Part shown: positions 1 to 11,087 of the stretch, one piece after another
Layout: every line of letters starts with the position of its first letter
How positions within the stretch are numbered: position 1 is the first letter of the stretch
Source of the DNA: Tubiluchus corallicola
Taxonomy: Eukaryota > Animalia > Priapulida
Assembly (NCBI GenBank): GCA_030141605.1
Contig: JAQGDQ010000533.1
Location: forward strand, 87,695 to 151,694
Reading direction: 5' to 3'
DNA: 64,000 bases
The notes under the pieces: model-generated
What the model was told of the DNA's origin: nothing
The model's input: the letters and a program-made list of their open reading frames with translations, nothing else
Database searches by the model: none
Translations under genes and position numbers: made by a program

Positions 1-837
1 TGGTCGTAACTTAAAACGTAATGTAAACACGTAAAACTTTTGCTTGTTAAAATTTAAATGCCTGAACAAAATCAGCTAATCGTCAACTGAAAAACAGCCA
101 CGTTGATGTATAAAGCACTCAATAGATTGCAGCATTACAATAAAGAAATCAATCAGTTTACATCGTGGTCTTCACAACAAAAAATAAACATTTGTGCCAA
201 GAAAAAATGTGACCTAATTTTCTTGGTCACTATATCTGGAATTTCCTTAAAAAGAAAGCGTACAACAGCCGTTTGATGCGGAGAGGAACTAAAGGTAAAA
301 GTTGGTGACAGCTGGGACCAAATACTCTTTAAAGAAGTGAGAAACTGTCAGCTGTTGGAAGAAATGCCTTCGTCTAGTTTGCAGTGAAAATGGTGGACAT
401 GTAGAGCACTTGCTGTGATTTTTAATAATAAATAAGGCATAATTTTTTCAATTATTTATTTTATTGATTTGTCATTTTAAAACTTCTCTGTCTTTGGAAA
501 AATCTAAGAGAATGACCGTAAATTTTTAGAATTTGTACATAAACGTTTGTAACATCAATGGGGTGATTTTCAAATGACTCCGTTGTTTTCTTGTTGTGAT
601 CAAAATCCTGCACTTTTTTTGCACCACCTGGTATGTGCAACCTTAATCAATTTTTTAATGAATTGCAGAACGTTTGACATTGAGTTTCTATTTCTAGATA
701 AGTGTTTAGTGATTTCCCCTTTTTTACAACATGATTTTACTGAAATGTTACGTTTCCTTCGCCATAATTGTTCTAATATTTCATCAATGGATATCTTTAT
801 CATGGATTTCTGATAATTTTTTGTCTCTTGATTCTAG

Positions 838-986
838 TTGTCAGTTTTTGGTTCGCGACACGGACGAGTACGTAGTTCACGCTGGAAACCCCGATGTTCT
901 GGTCGACTGGGACTTAATTGAACAGATACGGATATTTGGACACGAGGTGCCATCTTGCCCCATCTGCCTTTATCCTCCCACTGCCG
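838..986 (+). CDS. RNF10: RNF10 internal coding exon (first in window): (N)CQFLVRDTDEYVVHAGNPDVLVDWDLIEQIRIFGHEVPSCPICLYPPTA
   Basis: Acceptor ttctag at 837, donor G|gtat at 987. Peptide matches the RNF10 'ANCQFVV...DPD.LV.WD...CPICLYPP' segment. Upstream exons lie outside the window. Confidence 0.93.
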
Positions 987-1181
987 GTATATCCATTATT
1001 TTGTAGAAGTTTTTGATAAACTTAGTATTGTGCAATTTGCTTATATAGAGGACCTTTTTAAAAGATCTTATGTAAATTGCATTTGTTATAAATCCACGAT
1101 TTATTTAATTTAAAATACTTAGTGTTGTCTTGCCACGTAGGAGCTTTTCCAAACGTTGAACACACTGGACAATTCCGGTAC

Positions 1182-1710
1182 AAATTTAAAATGTTTCACC
1201 AATTCTGGTAAAGCGTTATTGTATCACCATCCCAGTGTGCACCACTGATTCACCAAAAAGCACATTATTGATTTTTTTGACAATGTAATGTAATTTTAAC
1301 TTTTGCTTAGTTAGTAAAGCGTGTGCTATGAATGCTCTGATTATTTTTCGCAATCTTATCTAAACTTGTTTCAAACGACTTACCATCAAAATGGCTGCAC
1401 TTGACAGTTAAATTTACAAGTTTTATACAGCATTGCTGCTAACGCAAGCTCTAAACACAATAAGACAGCATGTAGGTGATGCAAAATTTTAAGACAATTT
1501 ACAAGTTTAATACGGCGTTACTGCTTATGCAAGCTCTAAACACAATAAGACAGCATGTAGGTGATGCAAAATTTTAAGACAATTTACAAGTTTTATACGG
1601 TGTTGCTGCTTACGCAAGCTCTGAACGCAATAAGACAGCATGTAACTGATACAAAATTTTAAGACAAATTTTTAAGCTTTATTTATGAAGAGTGCTTTTT
1701 TGTCCTTTAA
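1182..1710 (+). mobile_element. MITE family A copy, 5'-truncated, with an internal 85-bp triplication
   Basis: Homologous to 37165-37646 and 50632-51088. Ends TTTTGTCCTTTAA. Repeat units start at 1411, 1496 and 1581. Confidence 0.72.
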
Positions 1711-1822
1711 ATATTAATGTTACTCAATGAACTGCCTATCCTTTCCTAACTAGTTACTTTATTTCAACACCTATTTATTTCTAGCAAAAATGTTCTCATT
1801 TATCTCTTTGTCTCTGTTACAG

Positions 1823-1949
1823 CAAAGATGACCCGATGTGGTCACGTCTACTGTTGGTCCTGTATACTCCACTATCTCTCGCTCACTGATAAAACCTGGC
1901 GCAAGTGTCCGATATGTCACGAAGCCATCCACCAACCGGACTTGAAGAG
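1823..1949 (+). CDS. RNF10: RNF10 exon completing the C3HC4 RING ([43 protein letters not shown])
   Basis: ttacag acceptor, AG|gtacg donor, phases match neighbours. CGH..C..C and CPIC RING ligands present. Confidence 0.95.
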
Positions 1950-3319
1950 GTACGTTGACCGCAGCTGATGTTTTGACTAGGTTAGAAATGGGTTGTTTTT
2001 GTGGTTGTACTTAATTTCTCTTATCATTTTGCTTGTTTCTGAGAAATCCGAGTCTCAATTATTCGATCAAAACAACGGCATTGTTGATAACAGCATAACA
2101 CTCCTTTATTAGTGCACTTTCACAAACCAGCTAGAAATATATGTTAAATTATAAACTAATGAACGCTACTGTATTAGTACCAGACTACAAATAAACATAG
2201 CATCAATAAGTCATTTCGTAGTTCCGTTGCTGTATGTCAAGGGTTAATAGTAGTAGCTTGTGGAAGCAGTCATTTTGTTTTGGGGTTTTTCTGTTGACAA
2301 GCCCAAATTTTTGTCAGGAAGAGCCATCTACTGGATTTAAACATAACTTCAATCTGCTCTTGCAAAGTCCGTAGCAACCACACTCTCCTACGGTTGCTAA
2401 GTGTACAGCAATTTTCTCAAGGTTATGTTTTTTACTGCGTAGCCTGCACTGAGCTTCGACGTGGATTATAGCAACTTAGAAATAACATAGAGCGATGAAC
2501 TTGGTATCAAAATGATCCTCATGAAATAGAGATTCAGGGTCTGTGCATAACTAGGAAACGTTAATTGTCGATTTATGGACGATTTTGCTATGCAAGCACA
2601 CATTTAATGATGGCTCGCTTTTGGTACAACCTGTTTTCAAACTCACTGTGGTTCACGAATGATCTGGCATGTAGCCCTTATTATTGGAACTTAGTGCCTT
2701 ACTAACTAAGAACGTGCACTAAGTTGAGTCTTTTAAATCTAACTTAAAAACTTACTTGTTCTTAAAAACTTTTTGTGCTTCGTAAAGACTATTTTAAATC
2801 ATCTTCATAATTTCAAAGTTTTAATTGTGTAAATCGCGATTTGAATACTTACGTGTTTGACACGTTTGCAGGCTTCTTAGAGATTTTCTAGCCTCATAAT
2901 GCAAGTTTGTTTTTATATTTTAATCTAAATTGAAATCTCATTGGTTTTAATGTTTTTATTTTCTTGACGTATTTTGGACCCACTTTATACATTTTATAAT
3001 TTTACATAAATATGTTGTCTTAGTGGTATGTGATGTTAGAATTGTAACAAGGGCAAAGCGTGTCAGAACATATAGATATGGATAGAAACGTAAAATAAAC
3101 TTGAGGTTTTGGTGATAAATTGTTTTTTAAATCACTTTGAATAAAGCTGAAATCTTCGCTGTTGTTGTTAAATTTATTCATTATTAGTTACTGTGTGGTG
3201 TTGTGGTTTTTTTATTCCCTAATCAATGAGACTGAAATATATATTTTGCCCTTACCTAAACGCTGAGCTTTGAGATTCTGTTAGAGTAGTTAGAAAGAAT
3301 ATGAGCATTTGATTTAGTG

Positions 3320-3634
3320 TGTAAATAAAACTTCATAAAGTTTGAGAAAATAATCAGAGCATTCGTAGTACACACTTCACTTACTAAGCAAAACTATAAT
3401 TTAATGTATCTTGTCAATAAGAGTAATAATGTGTTTTTGGTGAGTCAGTGATGCAAACTGGGAAAGGGGTCAGCGATATTTTACCAGGTGGCACAAACAT
3501 TTTAAATTATTAAGAATTTTCTTTTCCAATTAAACAAGTCCTTCAAACAGGTAAGCGTAATGCTAAGTAATATAACTTTTTATGGAAAGTTTTTTTCGGA
3601 TGTACATCAGAATTTTCCTTCTGCTGCTCTTTAA
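3320..3634 (-). mobile_element. MITE family A partial copy, ending just upstream of an RNF10 acceptor
   Basis: Reverse-complement similarity to 19975-20300 and direct similarity to 53650-53932. Confidence 0.65.
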
Positions 3635-3656
3635 TAATTTAAATATTTGTCTCTAG

Positions 3657-3796
3657 CGTTGTTGCTATGCAAACGACTAAGTTTACTCTTGGAGGGGAAA
3701 TAACACTAAAACTGATGAGAAGAGAAAGAGGTTCCGTTGTTGCCATGCCGGTATCACAATGGAGGGAGACGGAAGGGAAGCTATTTGGCATTGGAG
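3657..3796 (+). CDS. RNF10: RNF10 exon (VVAMQTTKFTLGGEITLKLMRRERGSVVAMPVSQW...)
   Basis: ctctag acceptor, G|gtaag donor. 'G..IT..LM.RE.G..VA.P' motif typical of RNF10. Confidence 0.92.
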
Positions 3797-4020
3797 GTAA
3801 GTTCTTGGGATGCCCTCGTGACTTGTTAATGATTGTGTTGTTTGATTCTTTAATTATAAAAGCTAACAGGCTTAATAATTGTGGGCAAGCTTTAATGCGG
3901 TGCTTGTTCTCCTCCCCCCCCCCATTTCTTGGCCCACAAAGTGTATTTTGTATATTGAAATACTTTATGAAATTAGCTATGATAAAAAATGCTTCCGCAT
4001 GTTTGTTTTTTTCTTCTCAG

Positions 4021-4319
4021 ATCAAGTTGACACTCAGTTCATGAAGCTGCTTGCCATCTCGCAGCAGGAGGTACTTGACACGATAATCAACATGGAGAGG
4101 ACAGCATTAGAGACGCAGTATGAGTTGGAGAAAGATTGTCCCGAGTCGTGTTTTATACAGCAAGCTTTAGACTTGCTGAACGAAAGAGCAGCCGTTGTAC
4201 CCAAAGCCAAAAAGAAATTACCTTTCTTGCCAGTAGGAATGTCTCTTGATGATCTAGGAAAGGAGGAGGAAGGGCCTGATGATGTAATAACCAGCACACA
4301 GATGGCAGCAGAGTCGCAG
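4021..4319 (+). CDS. RNF10: RNF10 exon (DQVDTQFMKLLAIS...CPESCFIQQALDLLNER...AAESQ)
   Basis: Polypyrimidine tract plus cag acceptor, CAG|gtaag donor. 'PESCFI' motif conserved in RNF10. Confidence 0.92.
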
Positions 4320-4626
4320 GTAAGAATTTTATACTGTATGTTTTTCGTAGTTTGCATAGCAGTGGTGATTTTGGGATAACAACATAGCATCTGTGTATTG
4401 GTAAGATTAATGGGGCATAAAAAGTATAAAAATTTAGCCCATATCAAAGGACTATCAATCTTGTATTAGTTAAGACTACGAATGTGTTTGGAGGTATTTC
4501 CATCTCGTTGTGAGACTTAGGGACTAGTCGTTTGTCAGTTACTGCAATGAACGCTGTACCTTGCTTGAAACATTAGCAAAAAATCCTGGCATAGATGTTT
4601 AGTCTGTTTGTTTGTATGTTTTTCAG

Positions 4627-5044
4627 CCCAACATTGTTTACTCGTCAGCATTTGACGACGAGATCGTTTCAGCCGAAGAGACCCCTGCTGTGTCCTTCAG
4701 TATTGGCGATGATCGAGAACGCGTCTCGGTGCCACCTGGTGGTGATGAGGGAAACGATGCAGTTGCAGCAGAGGAACAGAATCAAGGGAAATGCAATGAT
4801 GATCCTCCGGTGCCGGAAGAATTTGACTGTCAGCTTCAGCAGGATGTAATCCCGATCCACGTCTCTACGGAGGAGATACCCGTGGTGCCCTCTGCTCTCT
4901 GCCTGGGAGCGCTCGCTGGTGGCGACACAGAAGACCAAGAAGCACTGGCAATGGAGACAAGTGGACGTGATCCGATGATTCAAACCGGACGCGAAGCACC
5001 AAGACACAGTAGATTGCCAAAAGACACATTCTACTTCTACCAGG
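4627..5044 (+). CDS. RNF10: RNF10 exon: acidic variable region ending in FYFYQ
   Basis: tttcag acceptor, G|gtgag donor. 'Y.SAFD' and 'YFYQA' motifs. Confidence 0.9.
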
Positions 5045-5200
5045 GTGAGTTTTTAATGTTTGTGTACTAAATTTTGTTTGTTTTGCTGAGACTGTATGTC
5101 TGTTTGTTCTTCCTGCATTTTTCTGCATCTTTGGTAAGTTGTTATTTGTAAAAGTTTCAGCATGTTGCAAAGTAACATCTACTTACGTTTTTGAATTTAG

Positions 5201-5334
5201 CGGCCGACGGTCAGCACGTTTACATTCACCCGCTCAACGTCAGATGTCTGGTGAAGGAGTACGGCAGTCTCGAGTTCGGTCCGGAGGTTTTGACGGCTAA
5301 AGTAGTCGAATTAGATGGATTTTCAATGACCGAG
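5201..5334 (+). CDS. RNF10: RNF10 exon ([45 protein letters not shown])
   Basis: tttag acceptor. Highly conserved 'DGQH..LHP.NVRCLV.EYGSLE' block. Best donor is the non-canonical GAG|gcaagt. Confidence 0.92.
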
Positions 5335-5982
5335 GCAAGTTTTTGTCTGTTATGTTAGTAAGAAATGAATTTGTAAATTGTTTAGTTTGTAAGTCAGACG
5401 TATGGGCATACAGACACTTGTTTGTACGCATGAAATTTTTAACCTGAGAAAATCCATCAAAGCAAAAATGTGCTGTATTTAACTCTCTCACATTTTATTA
5501 CTAAGTGTTGAAGAAATCAAAATCAAAATTTGTAATGAAGTAATTTAAACTTTGCACTGAACGCTGAATATCTGGCTGAATTTATTGACTAGTTTAGACG
5601 AGCTTTAAATTTAAACTAAACTATGACAAAATGTTGAGTCTCCATGCTAACATACGTGCATTACTTTATGATGCATAATGGTTGTAAAAAACATAGCTGT
5701 GGTTACCGTGACAACAGGTGAATAGTGTCCAGAGTCTAGACGGGATGGGCCACAGCAGAAATCATATTACAAGTGTTTATTTCTAATGGGAGTTTCGTAA
5801 TAAGGAATTTTGTAGAAACCGTACGTGATTACATGGGTTTCATAATAACCTTGGCAGGGGCATAATAAAATTGTCGTACTACCGAGAGTTTCTTTACAAG
5901 CCGAATCGGATTACTGGGATTCGATTGTATAAGCTGGCCTGTACTTGGCAGCATCGTAAGTTTGCTCTTTATTATCATTTAG

Positions 5983-6138
5983 GAAGTACGGAACCGCGTG
6001 AAATACCTCCAGCATCTTCCGTTGACCTGCGAGTTTCAACTTGTCGAAGTTGAGCTGAAACCACCCATAATCAGTCGCAGGACCCTAGACTTCTTCCGAG
6101 ATGAAATCCAGAAGCGTAAGCAGCAGCGGCAGAGAAAG
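5983..6138 (+). CDS. RNF10: RNF10 exon (EVRNRVKYLQHLPLTCEFQLVEVELKPPIISRRTLDFFRDEIQKRKQQRQRK)
   Basis: tttag acceptor, AAG|gtatg donor. 'YL.HLPLTCEF' RNF10 signature. Confidence 0.94.
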
Positions 6139-6981
6139 GTATGGTGGTAGTTTATTATTTATCACGAAGTATAAGATGAGACAATCTGGGGTTCTTTTCA
6201 CAGAGATCTCGTTAAGGTTATGTTTTCATTAACGAGCTCATTAATGTGATGCGTTTCACAAAGACTTCACTATTTTATTGAGCTCGTTAATTTAGTGAAA
6301 ATATTAACATGTAGCACGTCAGTGATATTGTCTTAATGGGCTCTTTGTAAAATTTGTCATTAGTGATTGTTGGTAACATTGTGCTTTTAATGAAGTGACT
6401 TTCAGTAACTCCGAATTTTGTTTGAAAAGCAAAGCTGTTGTTATTTTTGCTATTCTGCGGCTGTTTTGTTTTAATTTTGTTGCTGGCCAGACTCGCCAAT
6501 ATTACATACTCGCGTCTTGTGGGTCAGGTTGCCATGTTAAGAGTCTGTCGTAGTAAGCCTTTATACAGTTCCACTGATTGATGACGATCGTAAAAAGGTC
6601 AAAGGTTAAGTAGTATACGAGAAAACGCATTTGTGTACACTTGACAGTGCCTCGCAGCTCGTGCTATTGTAATAGTAACAGTTTTAGCAGCTAGTTAAAA
6701 CCTTACCTAGTTTATTTTTTCTTGTTCCCAAGCAAGATCCTGCTAGTAAATCACTATGCATAGACTAATGCATAATTAAGTAAAGTCCACGTAAAACAAC
6801 TGAAGGTTTTGAACTGACATTGCAAACGGCTTTGCTTTACCCACATGTCACGTGACAGTTGTAGTTAAGACTCGTTGCTGTGGCGCCCTTAACCTTTAAC
6901 GAAACTGTGAAAAGGCTTATTAAATACAACATTGTCATAGTTGTTCACGTAGTAAAAAGCATTGATTGTCACTAATTTTAG

Positions 6982-7153
6982 GCCAGAGATGAGCATCGTT
7001 GGGAGAAACAAGTGCGTTCAAGAGAAGACTTGAAAAGAGGGCAGTATCCTACCTCAACACTGACTTTGGAGAGCCGCCGGGAGTTTCCCGAGTACAATGC
7101 TGTTACTTCCGATCTTAGTCCTCCGTTAACGAACCAGACAAAGGAAGAATCCG
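6982..7153 (+). CDS. RNF10: RNF10 exon (ARDEHRWEKQVRSREDLKRGQYP...FPEY...)
   Basis: ttttag acceptor phase 0, G|gtaat donor. Continues the charged helix 'KARE/DE' and contains the 'G.YP' and 'FP' motifs. Confidence 0.88.
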
Positions 7154-7620
7154 GTAATAACACTGTTGCTGATAAAGTAGTTTGTTAGCTAAATAATATT
7201 GTGGTACGTAAGATGCAATATTTGCGATTGGTAATTTGGCAGGATTCTCCGCTTTTTTCTTTTGCTCAGTCTTCTTTCTGCATGAAAGCTTATTGTTTCA
7301 ATTTGATGTCTAGGTCTTATATACTGAAGATTTTAATAATAGGTTGTTTGCAGTGTCATTGTCTATAGGATGCGGTAGCCTTGTTTAACGAGTAAGGTAA
7401 TGGTAGAATGCACGTTTAATGCGGGCCGCGTGCTTTAATGAGCACTACTAATAATAATAGTAATAACAACACCAACAATAATAATAACAATAATAATAAT
7501 TTATTAGTAGAGCTCAGAGCCGTGTGTATAAGAACACGGATTGTTTAAGAAATTGTCTCCGCAATTTCGCAGTTAACTAACAATTTATCATTTAGTTAGT
7601 TAACAAAAATTCGTAGCTTT

Positions 7621-8095
7621 AGCTGATTTACTGTGTGAATCAGCTGATGAAGTAGCAACTGACTCAGCTTCAGCTGAGCTAGCTGATTTGCTGTGTGAAT
7701 CAGCTGATGAAGTAGCAACTGACTCAGCTTCAGCTGAGCTAGCTGATTTACTGTGTGAATCAGCTGATGAAGTAGCAACTGATTCAGCTTCAGCCGAGCT
7801 AGCTGATTTACTGTGTGAATCAGCTGATGAAGTAGCAACTGACTAAGCTTCAGTCGAGCTAGCTGATTTACTGTGTGAATCAGCTGATGAAGTAGCAACT
7901 GACTCAGATTCAGCCGAGCTAGCTGATTTACTGTGTGAGTCAGCTGATGTAGTAGCAACTAACTCAGATTCAGCCGAGCTAGCTGATTTACTGTGTGAGT
8001 CAGCTGATGTAGTAGCAACTGACTCAGCTTCGGCCGAGCTAACTGATTTACCATGTGAGTCAGCTGATGTAGTAGCAACTAACTCAGCTTCAGCC
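7621..8095. repeat. 60-bp minisatellite, about 8 copies, in an RNF10 intron
   Basis: Unit agctgatttactgtgtgaatcagctgatgaagtagcaactgactcagcttcagctgagct repeats in register line to line. Confidence 0.97.
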
Positions 8096-8635
8096 TCTAT
8101 TTATTAGATATTTTATAATTCATTAACATTAAAATAATCACGCATTTTTCGTGCACAAATGTTTTCAAAGTAGGCTTAAGTATACACATGACCCAATGAT
8201 CAATTCGAAATTAAAATCAATAAACACGTAATCTACAGATACGTATGGATTAGTAAACAGATTAAAGAAAATACCGTAAGCTAACACATTACCTATAAAC
8301 TAGCGAAAATTAATAGGCCCGTATACACTCAATTAACCTAAGCAGATTAAGCTAAAATTGTAATACATATTTGTATAAATCATTAAAAACAACTGCTTTT
8401 TGTCCACGTTAAATTTTTAATTAATTAAAATGGCTTCTTTGTCAAGATAAGATTTAAGAAAAGATTTGAAGTTTTCAACAGTCAGTATTATCGCGCATGA
8501 ATTGGTAAACCGTTTATAAGAATCATTTTCATCTAACCTGTCCTCAGACTCCTCTTTTGATAGATTTTTCGCTTCTGATGATGATTTGTATTAGTCCAGT
8601 GTAAGAACGTCAGTAATGCTCCGTATTATTTATAG

Positions 8636-8712
8636 ATTTAGAAGCTGGTGCTGACATTGGATCACCATCGAACGTTGCAGGCGGTTCATCGTGTCCACCG
8701 TCATTTGCGCAG
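8636..8712 (+). CDS. RNF10: RNF10 short exon (DLEAGADIGSPSNVAGGSSCPPSFAQ)
   Basis: tttatag acceptor phase 1, CAG|gtacg donor. Yields the conserved 'PSFAQ|ML.VG' junction with the next exon. Confidence 0.87.
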
Positions 8713-8955
8713 GTACGTGCTTCGTGCGGGAAGAAGCTGTTTGTCAAACAGGGATGAGGCTGTTGAGTCTGAGTCGTCAATTTAGAATCTTCACGTGATG
8801 CTTGAGAGTTTTTGAATTTTTCTCATTGTAGCCACCATTTGATTCTAACATGATTTTCTATTTCCTTTGAGTTACTTAGTGCCTGTTTGCTGCAGGAAAA
8901 ATAAAAATCTAGCAGCAGTTTCACTTAGTTGTCGTTTGATTAACTTATTTTCTTG

Positions 8956-9498
8956 TTAAAGGAAAACAAGATGATTTATCACGCCTACCCCATTTTGAAG
9001 TATGGTGAAAAGGTATACATCTTAAGACCTTTAATAATGCAAAACCATTTCTGGTAACTAAATAATAGATTGAAACATGATTAACTGCAGGCGAGCCCAA
9101 ATGGTGTTGACATCGCAACTGAGCATAAGTTTAAACAGTACAAATATTCCACGAGTGTGTTGCACTTGTTCGTAAAAGCGAAAATTGAAGTACAGTGCTG
9201 CTGTAAGATATTCAGTGTAATATGCAAAACTGGGCATATTTAACTTTTAAAATTCAAATCTTAAGTTTGCCACCGTGTTCACGCATGAGCTCTTGAATGT
9301 GTGCACAATGTCACAAGTGAACACCTCTGAACTGCCCATTCAACTATGTAACGGGGAACTAGCTGCAGGAACACGAAATTATGCTTCTTGGGTAATAATT
9401 CTTTCACATAGGTCATTCTTGAAAAAAGCATGTGTTCAATATTTTATGGGGTTGATTGTTTTGAGCCGTAGTTTAAGATGTGTCCGCTTTTCCTTTAA
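8956..9498 (+). mobile_element. Kolobok/T2-type MITE family B, full-length copy
   Basis: TTAAAGGAAAA ... TTTTCCTTTAA termini. Internal blocks (ctaccccatttt, gcgagcccaa, gcgaaaattgaagtacagtgct) recur five more times. Confidence 0.75.
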
Positions 9499-9535
9499 AG
9501 GACAATTTAGAGAAGTTTATACTTACTGTGTAGAA

Positions 9536-9730
9536 TTAAAGGACAAGAAAAGGGGTACCTGAAGTAGGCTTCAGAAAACTCGCCTTAAAAAACTATATTC
9601 CTTTACTTAGTTAGCAACATGTGTGCTACGCATGCTCTCATTACTTACATGCAGGCAGTTTGTAAGTGGTATAAAATTTCGAGACGAATTTTTTAAGCTT
9701 TATGTAAGTGGAGGGTTTTCTTGTGCTTAA
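9536..9730 (+). mobile_element. MITE family A internal-deletion derivative
   Basis: Left end TTAAAGGACAAGAAAAGGGGTACC joined to middle and right-end fragments of family A. Confidence 0.68.
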
Positions 9731-10697
9731 GATGTGTCCGCTTTTCCTTTAAACTTCTAAAAGTTTGCTTATAATATATTTATTTTGCTATATTTGCATT
9801 GGTTAAGCCACATCACGTGATTTTTAATCACAGTGTTACTGTAGATTCTTCTAGAATTTTCCTGGCAGCAAATGGCAGAGTAACCCATTAGCTGGCTACT
9901 GTTCGTTGTACCTTCTTGTGTTGTTAAAGCAAAAGCCAAGTCTCTCTGGGAGTTGAGCTTATTTTAATAGTAGGGAAGAATGTTAGAAATTTTAGCAATA
10001 AAACTATGATAAGCATCTCGTGTAATTAGTAAAATCAATTTTAAGTCGTGATTATTTTGCGCTTGAGCTCGCTCATTTTAGACAAAAAATGGTGTCATCC
10101 GGTTTCCGTGCAATAGAAACACTTATCCCGCCAGGTGCTTCAGAATTTTTTTTACCTTATAGAGCGAACTCTACAAACTAAATAACCAGCCAGCCACCTA
10201 CGTGCTGGCAAGTTTACTTGCATATCTAAAAGTCTGCAAATTAATTACATTGACGCAATTAATGTATACTACTTACACATTTTATGGTATAATCCTGTGA
10301 ATTAAAGCTTTGTAACCACTTTAAATTTCATCATAATTGATCAAATGACTAAACACAGTTAAATACAACGCTAGAAAAACTGAACTTCTAAGCAAGCTGT
10401 AGAAATTTCTCAATGCGTACCTTCACACAGCTTGCCTTCACGGCATTCTCTGCCCAGTAGTCACCAGCTTACGTCATTTTTTTGAAATATGCTGGCATCA
10501 ACGTTCGTTTGGTGGGAGATAAGAAATATTTAAATTTCTTTTACATTTTTAAGCATTTTAATATTTTTAATTGTACATTAAAATAACAGTACACTACAGT
10601 AACTGTTATTCAAGGGTTGGTGCCTCCTTAAATTGCACGCGATCCTAAACAAATTTAGTCTTTTTTCTTCTTCAAGTTTTGCACTTTTCATTTTAAG

Positions 10698-10905
10698 ATG
10701 TTAAAAGTTGGAGAGCCGAAAGTGGAGGTCTGGCCGCGTGCGAAGAAACCATCAGGATCGGGCAGCGACGGACAGTCCACTGGTGTGGCCAGTACGGACA
10801 AGACAGTGGACAGTGATGAAGAGGACAGAGCCGCGCCCGTCTTCAATCAGTCATTCGGTGATGCGCTTGCTGATGCTTTTGAGAAATTGAACACAGGCAG
10901 AAATG
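10698..10905 (+). CDS. RNF10: RNF10 exon (MLKVGEPKVEVWP...DSDEEDRAAPVFNQSFGDALADAFEKL...)
   Basis: ttttaag acceptor. 'ML.VG..K..VWP' and 'P.F..SF..A...A' motifs. The phase-1 donor G|gttcgt is the least certain boundary. Confidence 0.87.
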
Positions 10906-11087
10906 GTTCGTTTAGAGATACATGGTCTGATAAGTGAAATAAGTTCTGTTTAAAGTTACCATTTTAAGTCAGCTTTAAAGTTCAAAATGTGCTGTTTTAA
11001 TGGTAATTAACAGAAAATCTTGCACGATTTCTTAAAAAATTTACTTTGGGCATCGAATTTGTGTTAGTTATATTTTCTGTGAATGTC

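Noticed and set aside
7596-7958. Minus-strand 120-aa leucine-repeat ORF
   Set aside because: It is a by-product of the 60-bp repeat, antisense in an RNF10 intron, with no supporting gene structure.
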